Of a stretch of DNA of 64,000 nucleotides, positions 63,103-64,000 are shown in pieces (positions within the stretch are counted from its first letter, which is position 1; each line of letters opens with the position of its first letter). Source of the stretch: Aplysia californica (lineage: Eukaryota); contig NW_004797360.1 in assembly GCF_000002075.1 (NCBI RefSeq), forward strand, positions 1,597,571 to 1,661,570, written 5' to 3'. The notes under the pieces were generated by a model. It saw only the letters and a program-made list of their open reading frames with translations. It was not told where the DNA came from and did no database searches. The translations under genes and the position numbers were made by a program.

Positions 63103-64000
63103 GTAAGTTTGGCTAAGTTTCTGTTGCTGTAATTATTTTTATTATAATTTGTATACAATATTTGTGAAATGTCATCACTTTAACTTTAGTCGCCTAAAAC
63201 TTTGTAACCACCTAACTTTTGAATTTTGAAAAAGTTAAAGGTGGTTGAGAATCATTTAAAGTTAAAGGGTGCACAGTATTACAAGGAGAGTCTGAAGTCA
63301 CTGGTATAGTTAAATTTTCAGTTTTTCATTAGTTTCATTTAGATCTAATTTTGGGAAAGTCCTTTTTCTAAGACACCCTTGTAACCAAGTGAGGCTTCCG
63401 TTCACAAGCAGTACGCACTGTTTCGACAATGACTTGACGAGCGATTCTTTTGAGTCTGTTACTGATGGTACCCAGCCAGTTTTAAGTAACCGTTTGGCTC
63501 AAGGTCTTAGAATATATTGCACCTCTACAGTATTGTGAGTTGCTTGTGACTTGTCGCACTCAGCTGTTTTGAAATATTTAATGTCAAGACTTCAGATAGG
63601 CAAAGGTATGTTTCTGAGTCGCCACTCTCACCTGTTACAAATAAATGTCAAGTCAAACAATTTTTTTTACAGCTTTATATTATTTTTGCCCCAATATTGA
63701 CACCATGTGTATTATTAAAGCGCAATAAATAATTGGCTAATAGTAGGCCTACTTTAGCAATTATATTTCAATACAAGACAAAAAGCATCATTCATTTTAT
63801 AAATGATTTTTTAAACTGTCTAAAATGTGAAGTAATAACATTGAAGAAGATGAAGACAAAATGCTGTTATATTCCTTCTACTCTGGAGAAGTTTGCTAAA
63901 ATAATTTTCAAAAGTTCCAACTCTTCACATGTTGTGCTTTTTATGCAATATTAACTGTTCTGTATAACATTTTAATACAAGAGAGCTTTTTTAATCAAAC

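Overview
Eukaryotic, intron-rich animal genomic DNA from a gapped assembly with 7 N-gaps. A lophotrochozoan or mollusc origin is an inference from repeat content and intron density. The window holds: (1) the last two coding exons of a divergent actin on the + strand (1504-3580); (2) a complete 40-exon BTAF1/Mot1 gene (TBP-associated SNF2 ATPase) on the - strand (CDS 60792..21002), whose hand-spliced exons are phase-consistent and sum to 5574 nt = 1857 aa + stop; (3) a probable bidirectional promoter near 61.6-61.9 kb, with a possible first coding exon of an unidentified + strand gene at 63023-63102; (4) many short mobile elements: RTE LINE 3' fragments with TSDs, tRNA-derived SINEs, three element types sharing one LINE-like stem-loop tail, and Tc1/mariner, pogo-like, piggyBac-like and hAT-like MITEs. 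Notable points are a U12-type intron and a GC-AG intron in BTAF1, retroelement insertions that duplicated or rebuilt BTAF1 splice signals, a minisatellite grown out of the actin splice donor, and a ~850-bp MITE palindrome in BTAF1 intron 1. I found no evidence of a novel multi-gene system.
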